Assembly: GCF_001194135.2 (NCBI RefSeq)
Contig: NC_068982.1
Span: 75,104,736 to 75,165,295, forward strand
Length of the DNA: 60,560 nt
From: Octopus bimaculoides
Lineage: Eukaryota
Direction: 5' to 3'
The position numbers and the translations under genes are program-made. Under the pieces are notes generated by a model that searched no databases, was not told the origin of the DNA, and saw nothing but the letters and a program-made list of their open reading frames with translations. Of this stretch, positions 37,469 through 49,469 are shown piece by piece (the first letter of the stretch is position 1; every line of letters begins with the position of its first letter).

Positions 37469-37560
37469 GGAAGTTGGTGAGAGAGGTTTTTGGAGGTTGG
37501 CAAGAAAGACTGTCGGAGGTTGGTAAGAGTGTTTGTCGGAGGTTGGCGAGAGGCAAAGAC
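37469..37560 (+). repeat. 23-bp-period degenerate tandem repeat, four units
   Basis: GGA(A/G)GTTGG at 37469, 37492, 37515 and 37538. Confidence 0.8.
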
Positions 37561-38084
37561 ATTATTCTGCTTAGCGAAGGTATCTGGGAAATGTGTAACT
37601 GCTGTCATTCACAGAAAAAGTGTTGTTTTACAGTGAGAAAAACGCTGTTGAAATGTTAAATGAAATTTGGTAATCAAGGATCAAATCCATGCTATGCCTG
37701 CATGAAGCCGCTACAAATACGTTTTGGATTAAAAAATTTATCTACTGTCATGAAAAAAGTGTAACTGTAAAAATGCAGAATTATTGGAGTAATGGGCAAT
37801 AAAAAAGTATGTATATATAGAAATGTATGAATGGAGTCTTTAAGGTTTAAGATTCAAATTAAGGAAGTGCAATAATAATGTTTAGCAGTTCAAAACTGTG
37901 AGATGTGAAATGCAGAATTAGGTTGGTTGATCATGAGAATCAAATGTTGATCGCTTCACTAAAATTTGCATGGGTTATTTTTTTGCATATGGGTTATTTT
38001 TTTGCATATTTATTTTCATACTTACCTTCGGCAGCGCAGTACAAATATGACACATGTACTCCACAGACACACGTAATCTTATTG

Positions 38085-38280
38085 TAGTTCTGTGGGAGAT
38101 TCAGTGTGACATAAAATGTAACAAGGCTGGCCCTTTGAAATACAGGTACAACTCATTTTTGCCAGCTCCGTGGAATGGAGCAACATGAAATAAAGTGACT
38201 TTCTCAAGGACACAATGTGCTGCTGGGATGGAACTCGCGACCTTATGTTCACAAGCCAATAACTCTAACCACTAAACAAT
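38085..38280 (-). mobile_element. SINE family G
   Basis: Homologous to 14290-14575. Confidence 0.7.
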
Positions 38281-39488
38281 GCACCATCTATACATACACA
38301 CACACACACACACACATACACACACTAATCAGCAAAAAGTTTTAAAATATATGAAGTATATATATTTGTGTCAGAGTTTTATTTCTCCTATTTGTTCCAC
38401 CAAAATTGTGTGTGTGTATGTGTGCGTACTCATATGCATATGTGTGTGCATGTGTATGTGTGTGTGTGTGTGTATGAGTAAACATGATTGTGCATACATG
38501 TATGTGTGTGTGCATTAGTATATGTGTATGCATGCATCTGCTTGTGCGTGACTGCATGTTATGTATGTGTATGTGCACATGCCTGCATTTTTGTGTGCGT
38601 ACGAGTGTGCATATGTACATGTATGTCATCAACTCTCTTAATAAATGGTGCTTCTTCCTGTTCTAGAAACAACTTTGAATAGTCTATTCTTAACAGCAAC
38701 ACTCTTTCTCCTTCTCTCCTCTCCTCTCTATTTATACACACACGCACACATCAACATCATTGTGTGTGTGATTTTTACTCTCAACCCACCCTTAGTTTTA
38801 TTCATGATGAATTAGTAGCATTAGAAATACTGAAAGAAAAATATTTTTGCTTGCTAGTTTTTCATATTGAAATGTGGAACCTACATCCTTCCATAAGTAT
38901 GAATGTTTGTGGATATGTGTGTGTGTGTATATGTTCAGGTGAATGACTGTCTACACGTAGAGAATTTCTTATGACAGTCTATGTGTATAAAGTCTTCCTT
39001 GACCCTACAGGCTTATTTGGTTGAAGTTAATCCAGATTTTCATGATTTTAGACTATACACCTCCCCACCCCCCAATATGGCGTGCTGGGTTGATCCCAGC
39101 ACGCCACTAGAAGTTACCTTTCACCTGAGTGAATTGAAATGATATGAAATGAAGTGACTTGATCAAGGATACAAAGTAAGCCCAGCCCAGAAGTCAAACT
39201 CAGAGAATGATTGTAAGACCAACACCCTAACCACTATGCCAGATACCTTCATATTGTAAAGTGGTTGGCATTAAAAAGGGCAACCAACCATAAAAACTAT
39301 GCCACAGAAGACATTAAAGCGTCATGCTATCTTTGGACACATCAGATTCTATCAAACTCCCCAATCCATGCCAGCAATGAAGACAAATATTAAATTATGA
39401 GGATGATTGTATTTCATCATCAATTTATTATACACTTTTCCATACCTTAATGGGCTGAACAAAATTCGCTAAGACAGATTCTCTACAA

Positions 39489-39826
39489 CAGTGGTTCCCA
39501 AACTATGAGTCGCGACCCACTGATGGGTCGCGAACGGAATCCTAGTAGGTCGCAAAAAGTTATAAAATTACGCATTAGTTTTGATTAACTGCTGTCTATC
39601 GAGATAGTTCAAGACTCATGTTTTCAATACCAGACTGGTTGTTTTATCAAGCAGTAGGCTTTCTTCACGAACTTAACAAATCAGAGGTGGTCATTTTCTT
39701 AAGTTATTTATTCGCACGTAATTGTAAAAAGGAAAAGTCTGTTTTTACCCAGTAGAGATTAGTGGGTCGCCATAAACTGGTGTCATAAATAGTGGGTCGT
39801 GTCTCCAAAAAGTTTGGGAACCACTG
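39489..39826. mobile_element. Non-autonomous hAT (Charlie-like) DNA transposon, 338 bp
   Basis: Perfect 16-bp TIRs CAGTGGTTCCCAAACT and AGTTTGGGAACCACTG; perfect 8-bp TSD CTCTACAA at 39481-39488 and 39827-39834. Confidence 0.95.
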
Positions 39827-40789
39827 CTCTACAAGCAGATGTCCTTCTTGTCACCAACTCTAACTTCTTTCCAAGCAAAGTAAGACTTCCCCATGGCCAG
39901 ATGTTTTCACAGAAATTTGGAAATGATACATGATTCGGAACATAACTTGGGAAGGTAATTTCTTAAATATGATATTGTTGGAAAGAAAAGGTGGAGCCAT
40001 CTCCAAGATGGTGACTTTTTCATTCCAGCAATTTCACTTTTCATTCCAACAATATCATGTATAGAAATTAAATGTCTATGAAGATTTGACAGTAAGGGTT
40101 AATTACGTAGTTTCCATTACGTAATAATCACTTTATGTTAATGAAACATATGTAAGATCATGTAATTAAATACCTTATGAACAAGAACTCATGTTTTATT
40201 TTATTACTGTATATATTTATATATTTGTTAGTTTGTGTTTGTAAGTTACTTGGTGACCTCACTAGTACTTGTGCCATGAAAAAGCATCCTAGTATGCTCC
40301 ATAAAGTGGTTGCTGTTAAGAAGGACATCCAGCTGTAAAAACCATACCAAAGCAGACTTTAAAGGTTGAAGCAGTTTTCTGGATTGTTGAATCATTTAAC
40401 CCAGGCTAGCATAGAAGACAGACATTAAATGATGATGATTAAGATGACAATGACGACGACAAATATTTGTTAGTGTGTGTATGTGCATGTGTGTATGTGC
40501 ATGTGTGTGTATGTGCATGTGTGTGTATGTGCATGTGTGTGTATGTGCATGTGTGTGTACACACATCTGTTTGTATATATGTGTACATGTAATTATGTAA
40601 ATTCATCAAAATGTGTGTATATGTGTGGTGTACATGCATTTTTCTATATATATGAGAGTATTGCTGTATATTCATGATTGCATAGGGTTATATGTATAAG
40701 TGTGTGTGTGTGTGTGTGTGTGCGTGCAAATTTATGTATGTGTAAGAGAATGAATTCATGTGTATGTGAGGCACATGTGTTTCTGTAGT

Positions 40790-41400
40790 ATGAAGAGGGA
40801 ATGAGCTGGGAACTTTTATTCTAGAACATGGAAAAAACAGTATATCATAAAAGAAAGGTTAACTTAGAGCATGGGAAATGGAGAAAGAGGATGGAGATAA
40901 GGAAGGAAGGAAGGGGGAAAAGATTAAATAAAGGAAGAAGAGAGAGAGAGGGGGGAGGTGTAAGCAAAAGAGGAAGAAGAAATGAGAAGATAAAAGAGAG
41001 TGTGTATGTGTGTTAATAAGAAATATGAGAGAGAAAGAGTAACAGAATCATACTCTCGTGGAAGAGATAGAAAGATAGGGGGAAAAGAATAAATATGAGA
41101 GGTAAAGAGAGAGAGAACTTTTAAGGGTTGAGAAAGACAAGAAAAGTAGTCAAGAAGAAAGAGTTAAAGACTGACAAGAGAGGGTGTTTAAAAAAAAAGT
41201 GAAATGAGAAAGAAAACTACAGAAAGAGGGAGTGAGAGAGAGGAGAGGATAAAGAGGAAGAGGAAAACAGAATAAGAGAGAGAGAGAGAGAGACAAAGGG
41301 ACAGAGACACACAGAGAGAAAGTAACAGGGAGAAAAAGACAAAAAGATAAAGAGAGAGAGAGAAAGACGATGATTACTGCAACAACAATCTGCAGCACTT
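40790..41400. repeat. Purine-rich (GA-type) low-complexity tract
   Basis: Strong A/G strand bias including (GA)n runs. Confidence 0.8.
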
Positions 41401-41778
41401 AAAAAGATGAAATGCCAACAACAACCCTAATCATAAGCAACAACATTAACAACAGCAACAATGAATGAAACAAACAAAAAAGACAGCAACAATAAAATTA
41501 GAAATAGCATTTAATTGAAAGAAAGCATTAATGAAACTAAAGCAGAAATGGAAGTGTAACACAAGGAGTCATGTGAAAATTGTACATTTTGTGAGAATTG
41601 TCAATAGAAGGTTGTACAATTAAGTGAAATTACTAAGACTCTTTTGACGAACTTTCTCAAGACATCAATAGTCTTCACATTCAATACATATCTTTTTTCT
41701 TTTTTTTTTCACAAATGAAATATCAAAATATGAAAAGAAAAATGGAAAGAAAAGAACCAAGATGTTTAACAAGCGCAC

Positions 41779-41820
<42 letters not shown>

Positions 41821-42339
41821 GAGACAAAAAGGGTGCGTTTTTGTGTGTGTTTCTCTGTATCAATAGACCCCCATTTACACACTTGTAAACTGAGGGTGTT
41901 ACTGTACCCTATTTCTGTATGCAGGAGTTGAATATCTCATCAGGAAGTGAAGCATCTCTGTAGGTGTTTTGGCCCCATCAAATGTATACATATGATCTTA
42001 TTCACAATTTATTCAAAAGCACATTCTTTCAGTACTTCATTATCCCTGCAAGCTGTAAGAAGAAATCCTAAAAGGGGTAACTTCAAGAAGGGCATCTGAC
42101 CATTAATCATTACCTCAAAAAGTACAGTTCAACCTATACCTACATGATGAAGTGCACATGAAAATGATAATTTTATAACTATGTATGTACAAATTTTGGC
42201 AAGGTTGACTTTCATCCTTTCATCCTTTACGGGTTCAATAAGATAAGTACCAGTTAAACACTGGGGTCGATGCAATTCACTAAACCCCTCCCACAATGTT
42301 TCAGGTCTTATGCTTATAGTAGAAAGGATTATTATTTAG

Positions 42340-42575
42340 AGCAATGCATGCCGTCAAAGTGATACTGGGATACAAATATACGAAGCCCAATATACCCATC
42401 ATGACTACCCATCTGATAAGTGTACACTAAGTAAATGCATCACTATTACTTGTGTGCTATGATTATCTCATATCAAGATAAACAGTGCATGAACTTGCAG
42501 GTGGAGCCTAGTTGCCATTTTCTTCAGATCAAGTAGCCCATCCTGCTCAAAGGGTCCCTGAATAAGGTTTGTTTA
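42340..42575 (-). mobile_element. Family H retroposon 3' fragment
   Basis: Homologous to 1965-2190. Confidence 0.65.
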
Positions 42576-42865
42576 CTATTTTGGTTTGGCTCAGGTTCGG
42601 ATTATTCCTGGTAGGAATTATGTGGGTAGCGGGTTACTACCTGTAACCTTAGGTATCCATAAGTTTTCAGCAGTCTTTCAAGTGGTTAGAACTCTCCTGA
42701 TAATCTTGCTGTCACTAAGAAACAAACTTTCTGTAGAAGCTTTACCAGGCATTCTATTTCAATCTCCTTCAGCCATATTTCTTTATCTTTGCTTACTGTT
42801 CCCAACACACCAGTAATTATAGGCATGACCTTTACTGTTCCCATATTCCAAATTCTTCATATATG
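42575..42865 (-). pseudogene. R4/Dong-like retrotransposon C-terminus, second subfamily
   Basis: Minus strand RIWNMGTVKVMPIITGVLGTVSKDKEIWLKEIEIECLVKLLQKVCFLVTAR. Confidence 0.7.
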
Positions 42866-42904
<39 letters not shown>

Positions 42905-42906
<2 letters not shown>

Positions 42907-43146
42907 GGCGGCAAGCTGGAAGAATCATTAACATGCTGGGCAAAATGCTTAGTGATATTCCATCCGTCTTTACGTTCCGAGTTCAAATTCTGCTGAGGTC
43001 GACTTTGCCATTCATCCTTTTGGGGTCAATAAATTGAGCACCAGTTGAGTACTGCGGTCGATATAATCGACTATCCCCCTCCCCCAAATTTCAGGCCTTG
43101 TGCCTACAGTAGAAAGGCTTATTATTATTATTATTATTATTATTAT
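42905..43146 (+). mobile_element. SINE family A, well-preserved copy with (TTA)n tail
   Basis: ggcggcaagctggaagaatc (A-box-like)...GAGTTCAAATTC (B box)...gaggtcgactttgccattcatccttttggggtcaataaattgagcaccag...(tta)n. Confidence 0.88.
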
Positions 43147-43347
43147 GTGATTTCTTTCCCTTTCAGCATTCCTTTCTAGCCTCTCTCTTCTCTTCAGATG
43201 TGTATATGTATATATATATATACATATACAGTGTAAGTGTGGTTGTGGGGTAAAGAAGTTTGCTTCCTGATCATAGAGTTCTAGGTTCAGTCTCACTGTG
43301 TGATACATGCATGGATCTAGTAGATGGAAACTGAAAGAAACCCAATA

Positions 43348-43395
<48 letters not shown>

Positions 43396-43669
43396 GGGAG
43401 AAAAAAAAGAGTGTGCATGTGGGTTTGTGTTTCCTTGCCTTGACATTGCATGATAGTTGTAAATGAATGTCATTCATTTCTAATATTCTGTGGAAACATG
43501 TCTGGTCAAGGGGAATTATTACCATGATTGGAAACAGGTAAGGGTTGGTAACAAGGAAAGACATCAGGCTATTGAAAATCTGTCTTAATAAACTTTGTCC
43601 AACTTATGTGAGCTTGGAAAAATGGATATTAAAATGATGATGAAGATTATATATATATATATATATATC

Positions 43670-43806
43670 CTTGTGTTCCTTTTTGTTGAAGAGCCTAGGC
43701 TCAAAACATAAAAGACTTTCTCACCTTCCCGAGCACCAAACTAATACACCTGCTTGTTGTTTATACACCTGTCTTCATCTTTTGTTTTTCTGTAAATTTC
43801 AACTAC
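43670..43806 (+). mobile_element. Putative Penelope-like terminal fragment
   Basis: Homologous to 32555-32692; follows a TA run. Confidence 0.5.
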
Positions 43807-43882
43807 GTNNNNNNNNNNNNNNNNNNNNNNNNNNNNNNNNNNNNNNNNNNNNNNNNNNNNNNNNNNNNNNNNNNNNNNNNNN

Positions 43883-43915
<33 letters not shown>

Positions 43916-43937
43916 CAAAACAGTTTGATTTGGATTC

Positions 43938-43989
43938 TGTGCTACTTAAAGTTTCAAAGCCCCAAACAGGGACCTTTCATCAGGCCACC
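43938..43989 (-). ncRNA. Minimal type I hammerhead ribozyme motif
   Basis: Minus strand GUGGC-CUGAUGA-AAGGUCCC-UGUUU-GGGGCUUU-GAAA-CUU-U-AAG-UA/GCAC: intact core, 8-bp stem II including G-U pairs, palindromic stem III with a 1-nt loop, GUA triplet. Confidence 0.65.
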
Positions 43990-44019
43990 GGAAATCTGAA
44001 TGATTCATTCAGATTTCCA

Positions 44020-44069
44020 ATGGCCTAATGGAAGGCCCCAATTAGGGACTTTGAAACTTTAAGTAGCAT
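44020..44069 (+). ncRNA. Hammerhead motif copy with mutated core, likely inactive
   Basis: AUGGC-CUAAUGG-AAGGCCCC-AAUUA-GGGACUUU-GAAA-CUUUAAGUA/GCAU; core changes G5A and A9G. Confidence 0.5.
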
Positions 44070-44605
44070 AGAATCTGAAGCAAATCGTTTTGAACAATGC
44101 ATGTAACTCCCAATAAATGTGTTGAGTGCCCTTTCTTTCATTTGCCCACTCAGACGTGTGTGTGTGTGTGTGTGTGTGTCTATAGTCACCTGGCAAAAAT
44201 CTATTGTATTAGACCACCATGCACTTATATGACCAATAAATATTTTTATTTTTTAAATAAGTAATAACTGCCTGCCTGACAAGTAAACATATTGCCAGTG
44301 ATTAGTAGACACATCCACTCTCACATCCCAACCCTCAACCTTGGTAGTCCTTCGTCTACACAGCACTATCATGTGCATTACCTACCTCTAACTCATCCCC
44401 TTGTACCTCCTCACTGCACTCTTAACAGCATTATGGAGAGATGTGGCACATCAACCATAATGACTCATCTAGCACGATAATTATTTCAAACAGGCTAATA
44501 TCAAAAGGGTTGTCATCAAAGTCTGGTTTAACTTCATCATCATCGGACAGAAAGAAACAGTTTATAGAGCAAATCTATTTTCTTATGATGTGTAGTGGTC
44601 ATGTT

Positions 44606-44829
44606 TTAACACTTTTAATACCAATCTGTCCAAGACACACACACTCCCATTCTATAGTACAAACTTCCTGTTCTAAAGTGTTCTAAATTAAAATTTCCCA
44701 TCAAAATTTCCTGTTAATTTATGTTGTAAACATCAACCTAATGATGAATTATTTTACTAAATTTTTCATTGTTTTCAAAATTAATTGAAACAAATTTATT
44801 TCAAGGAAGTATGGCGAAAAAAGGGTCAA
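44606..44829 (+). mobile_element. piggyBac-like MITE family E2
   Basis: TTAA-cacttttaatacc...aaaaGGGtcaa; interior matches 6796-6930 and 7350-7446. Confidence 0.6.
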
Positions 44830-44899
44830 TACCAAATACCATATTCAGATCCTACAATTATTTCAGTTTATTTTATAATGATACAAATATATTATCTTG

Positions 44900-45242
44900 T
44901 AATCCAAGCCTTGTGAAAGAGATGACAAAGGACTGAGACATCTTGTGCCTTGCTGCACTTGAGAAGACCTATCCACCACAGCAGAATTGATATTTGTGCT
45001 GGTGCCATATTAAAAGCACTCATGTTGGAGCCACATTAAAAGCACTGGTGCTGTTGTCAAATAAAAAGCACATATTACATATTGTGGGGTGGTTGGCATT
45101 AGGAAGGGCATCCAGCCAGAGAAACTATGCCAGAACAAACAATGGAACTTGGTACAGTATCTGGACTTACCAGCTCTAGTCAAACCGTCCAACCCAGGCC
45201 AGAATGAAAAACAGGCATTAAATGATGATAATGACGATGATG
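44900..45242 (+). mobile_element. Old RTE 3' end (ORF2 terminus, UTR, GAT tail)
   Basis: EMTKD*DILCLAALEKT-like ORF end followed by ggttggcattaggaagggcatccagcc and a degenerate GAT tail. Confidence 0.65.
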
Positions 45243-45481
45243 TAATCTGGTTTTGTTTATTCAAAAGCTGGGATAATTTGTCACATACACACACAACAAA
45301 TGTACTACACCTCTTTAGATGCTGTAAAGAACAGAGAAAATGAGACAGAAGATAATGTAGTTGTGATGTTGTCTACTGCTGACAATTGCAGTTTTGCTTA
45401 TTTTCATCTCATGTCCTGTTGAACTGGTTGGTTTTCTCAATAAATCTATAGGGGATTTGTGAGCTAGTGTGTGTGTGTGCG

Positions 45482-45523
<42 letters not shown>

Positions 45524-46129
45524 GAAGTATGTGTGCACATTATGGTTATCATAAAAAAAAACTGAATATACATACATGCATATCCTGGTATATGAGTGAA
45601 TACATATACAGATGTGCATTTGCAGCAGTGTGTGTGCATGTGTATCAGTATACTACCCAAGCATATGCATGCCCAAACAATCATGAGGTCCCACGTTCAA
45701 TATCACTGCATGGCATCTTAGTCAAGATAACACACAAATATACACTACTACTACTAACCACCACAACCACCACCATCATCATCACTAAATCCATTCAGTT
45801 AGGGTCCATAGCAGACACTTGGCCAATGTGCCACATAGCAGGATTGAACCTGAATCCATGTAATTGCTAAGTGAACTTCTTAACCACTCAACCATGCCTA
45901 TACCTACCTTCTGGAGCAAGAGGGTACACTGACAAGCTTGTCATTTCAAAGTAATATATATACTTCTGTCTCTTTCTCTTTCTTTGCTTCTCTTTTGCGT
46001 TCTTCCCATTCTCTTTCTCTCTCATTCCCTTCTTAATACTTTACTTCTTCCTTTATTCTGACTTTCTATCTGTCCTTCTCTAGTCTCCAGTCCTACAGGA
46101 TGTTTTCATTTTCCTTTGTGTTACCCCAT

Positions 46130-46385
46130 GTCAGTCTGTCTTGCAGTCACACGGCTTTTTTGTTGTATTTGTATGTTTTATTTTGTCATGTTTGTTTTCA
46201 TCATTGTCCTGTACATTTGTTAGCTATTCTGTGGCTTTTTGCAACTGGCAGCACCAAGAGTGAACAATGTCAACATTAAAGGCGTGAAATTGTAATCATC
46301 TTTTGACTGATGAGGAATAAGCTACGAATTTTCTGTTTGTTATGTTTTTGTAATATTTCCATTTGCGTTTTTGTTAAATTTTCCG
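46130..46385 (+). mobile_element. Putative Penelope-like terminal fragment with hammerhead remnant
   Basis: CTGATGA-GGA-ATAAGC-TAC-GAATT at 46307-46330; ends at a TA run. Confidence 0.4.
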
Positions 46386-47789
46386 TATATATATATATTA
46401 TATATATATATATATACATACACAAACATGCACGCACACACACAGGTGTAGCTAAATGGTGAAGAAGTTTTCTTCCTAACCAAGTAGTCTTGAGTTCAGT
46501 CACACTGCCCAGCACCTTGGGCGAATGCTTTCTACTATAGCCCTGGGCTATTCTAAGCCTTGTGAGTGGGTTTGGTAGGCAGACACTGAAAGAAGCTGTC
46601 ATGTATGTGTACCTTTGTCTTGACATCACACTTTGGTTGTAGATGAGCATCATTATTGCCATTGTTATAATACAAGTAATGTTATTTGTTTCCAGTCATA
46701 ATGGTATCAGAAATTTACAGGATACTCAGGCATGAGTGACAGAACAATTAACTTATGAGGGTTAAGTGATTCACTCTTAAGTGAGATTAACAGTTAGTTG
46801 AAGATCATATGATATCATACAGTAATGACAGATCAACTGAAGGCTATGTGACCCTGGAATAACATTGCTCCAGGGTGAGGGATTAACAGACACCTGGGTG
46901 TTTCTCAATATCACACTGGAGCGAGAGATCAGCTGACACTTGCAATGACACATATCACACTCTGAAAGGGCAAAAAAAGATACCTAATAGCCATATGACT
47001 TCACCTTCTGGAGGGAGAATTAGGTGAAGGTCATATGACAACATTCTGGAGAAAGAGACTGAGAGAGAATTCAACAGACAACAGAGGGTAAAATGACAAG
47101 ACTGTGGTTTATGGTAATTTAATTAGCCTGTAATGAGTTAGAGACCATTAGTTATTACCGACCTCAAAGTAATGGTAGTGCACCATTAATTAGAGTCATT
47201 AATGACTGGCCTTCCAACAAAAAATGCTGCTTCACCAAAAACTGTTCACTTTCGGAGTTAAAAATGGTCAGAGTGGTTTGGGTGAGAATTCTCAACCACA
47301 GACAACTGACACACACACACAAAATGTCTTACGAAAAGCTGGGTTTAGAGAAGTTATAATATACAATCACAAACACCCAGATACAAGCACACTCACACCC
47401 ATATATATACATATGCATACACACACACACACACACACACATACAAACTACATTTAAAACACTCCCACTCCTCTAAAGAAAAATACTCACACACATACAC
47501 ACAGACAAAATTTCTTGAAAAAGATATAAAAGGAAATCTGTTACAAACAAACTATAGTATCCACAGACAAAACGTACACACACGTACAGAAACACACACA
47601 ATTATTCAAATACAAAAACATTGAGTCACACACATATATATATAAACAAACACAAAAATAGTGACTCATACAGATACTCAAGCACATATAAACACACACA
47701 CACACACAAGCACACACACGCCATTTATAAAAAAATTCTTTCATCTCTGGTTAAACCATAAAGTATACACACAAACACACAAAACACAC

Positions 47790-48012
47790 AGTTACATCTT
47801 TTATCTTCTTGTTTCAGTCATTGAACTGTGGCCATGCTGGGGTACCACCTTGAAGGATTTAGTCAAACAAATCAACCCCCAGTACATTTTTTTGTTTTTG
47901 TCAAGTCTGGTACTTATTATATGGTCCTCTTTTTGGTGAACTGCAAAGTAATGGCAACGCAAACAAACCAACACCAGTTGTCAAGCAATGGTGGAGGACA
48001 AACACAAACACA

Positions 48013-48056
<44 letters not shown>

Positions 48057-48230
48057 TATGTACATATACACATATACAATAGGCTTTCAGTTTCTCCTTT
48101 CTACCAAATCCACTCACAAAGCTTTGGTCAGCCAGGGACTATAGAAGATACTTGCCCTTGGTACCACATAGTGGGACTGAACCCAGAACCATGCAGTTGG
48201 GAAACACACTTGTTACCATGCAGCCACAGC
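47790..48230 (-). mobile_element. SINE family B, full length with internal (CA)n
   Basis: Same organisation as 20370-20772. Confidence 0.85.
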
Positions 48231-48307
48231 TGTGTATAGAAAATTTGTAGCTGAATAAGTATTGGACAAACACAGAAACCTGCACACGCCAAAAAATTGA
48301 AAGCAAA

Positions 48308-48575
48308 ATCATCATCATCGTTTAACGTCCGCTTTCCATGCTAGCATGGGTTGAACGATTTGACTGAGGACTGGTGAACCAGATGGCTACACCAGGCTCC
48401 AATCTGATCTGGCTGAGTTTCTACAGCTGGATGCCCTTCCTAACGCCAACCACTCCGAGAGTGTAGTGGGTGCTTTTACGTGCCACCGGAACGAAGGCTA
48501 GTTAGGCGGTACTGGCAACGGCCACGCTCAAAATGGTGTATTTTACGTGCCACCTGCACAGGAGCCAGTCCATCG
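48308..48575 (-). mobile_element. Young RTE 3'-UTR copy
   Basis: Reverse complement closely matches 29800-30010; CpGs retained. Confidence 0.88.
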
Positions 48576-48940
48576 GTAAAATGGTAAATACAAATACATA
48601 TAGATACTTCCTGAAGTATTTCCCTGTCACAGTATCATTGATATTAACCCTTNNNNNNNNNNNNNNNNNNNNNNNNNNNNNNNNNNNNNNNNNNNNNNNN
48701 NNNNNNNNNNNNNNNNNNNNNNNNNNNNNNNNNNNNNNNNNNNNNNNNNNNNNNNNNNNNNNNNNNNNNNNNNNNNNNNNNNNNNNNNNNNNNNNNNNNN
48801 NNNNNNNNNNNNNNNNNNNNNNNNNNNNNNNNNNNNNNNNNNNNNNNNNNNNNNNNNNNNNNNNNNNNNNNNNNNNNNNNNNNNNNNNNNNNNNNNNNNN
48901 NNNNNNNNNNNNNNNNNNNNNNNNNNNNNNNNNNNNNNNN

Positions 48941-49004
<64 letters not shown>

Positions 49005-49469
49005 GAGTTTGTGTCTGTGTTTATCTCCCACCACTGCTTGACAACCATATGTTTACGGCCCTGTAACTTAGCAGTTCAGCAACAGAGACCAATAGAATAA
49101 GAACCAGGCTTAAAAATATAAGAACTGGAGTTGATTCAATTGACTAAAAATTCTCCAAGGTGGTACACCAGCATGGCCACAGTCTAATGACTGAAAGAAG
49201 TAAATGATATATATATATATTAATATTTCGCTTTGACATAATGATACTAATAACCTGTTTGAACTCAATATACATATGCTTCAGGGAAAAAAGCATTAGT
49301 CTAGCACAGACTGTTATAAGAAATTAAATAAATGTCAGGAGAATAAATCATTATGTTAATGAACTTCATTACCTTACAGCTGTTTCTACTATAAGATGCA
49401 GTGCACTTATAGCTGAGTGCTTGTCCATTACCTTACAGCTTTATTGGAGCTTCAAAAGAGATATATTTA

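Larger units (their letters stand above)
43911..44097. repeat. 187-bp imperfect palindrome centred at about 44004
   Basis: Centre ggaaatctgaatga-t-tcattcagatttcc; arms pair out to ttgttcaaaa and ttttgaacaa. Confidence 0.92.

Noticed and set aside
37469-37560. Constant/variable array as a mini-CRISPR
   Set aside because: The 9-bp constant and 14-bp variable parts are far too short, and the variable parts are related to each other.
38018-38040. ATACTTACCT as a U1 snRNA 5' end
   Set aside because: The match is only 10 nt with no U1 body; it is better read as a minus-strand splice donor or chance.
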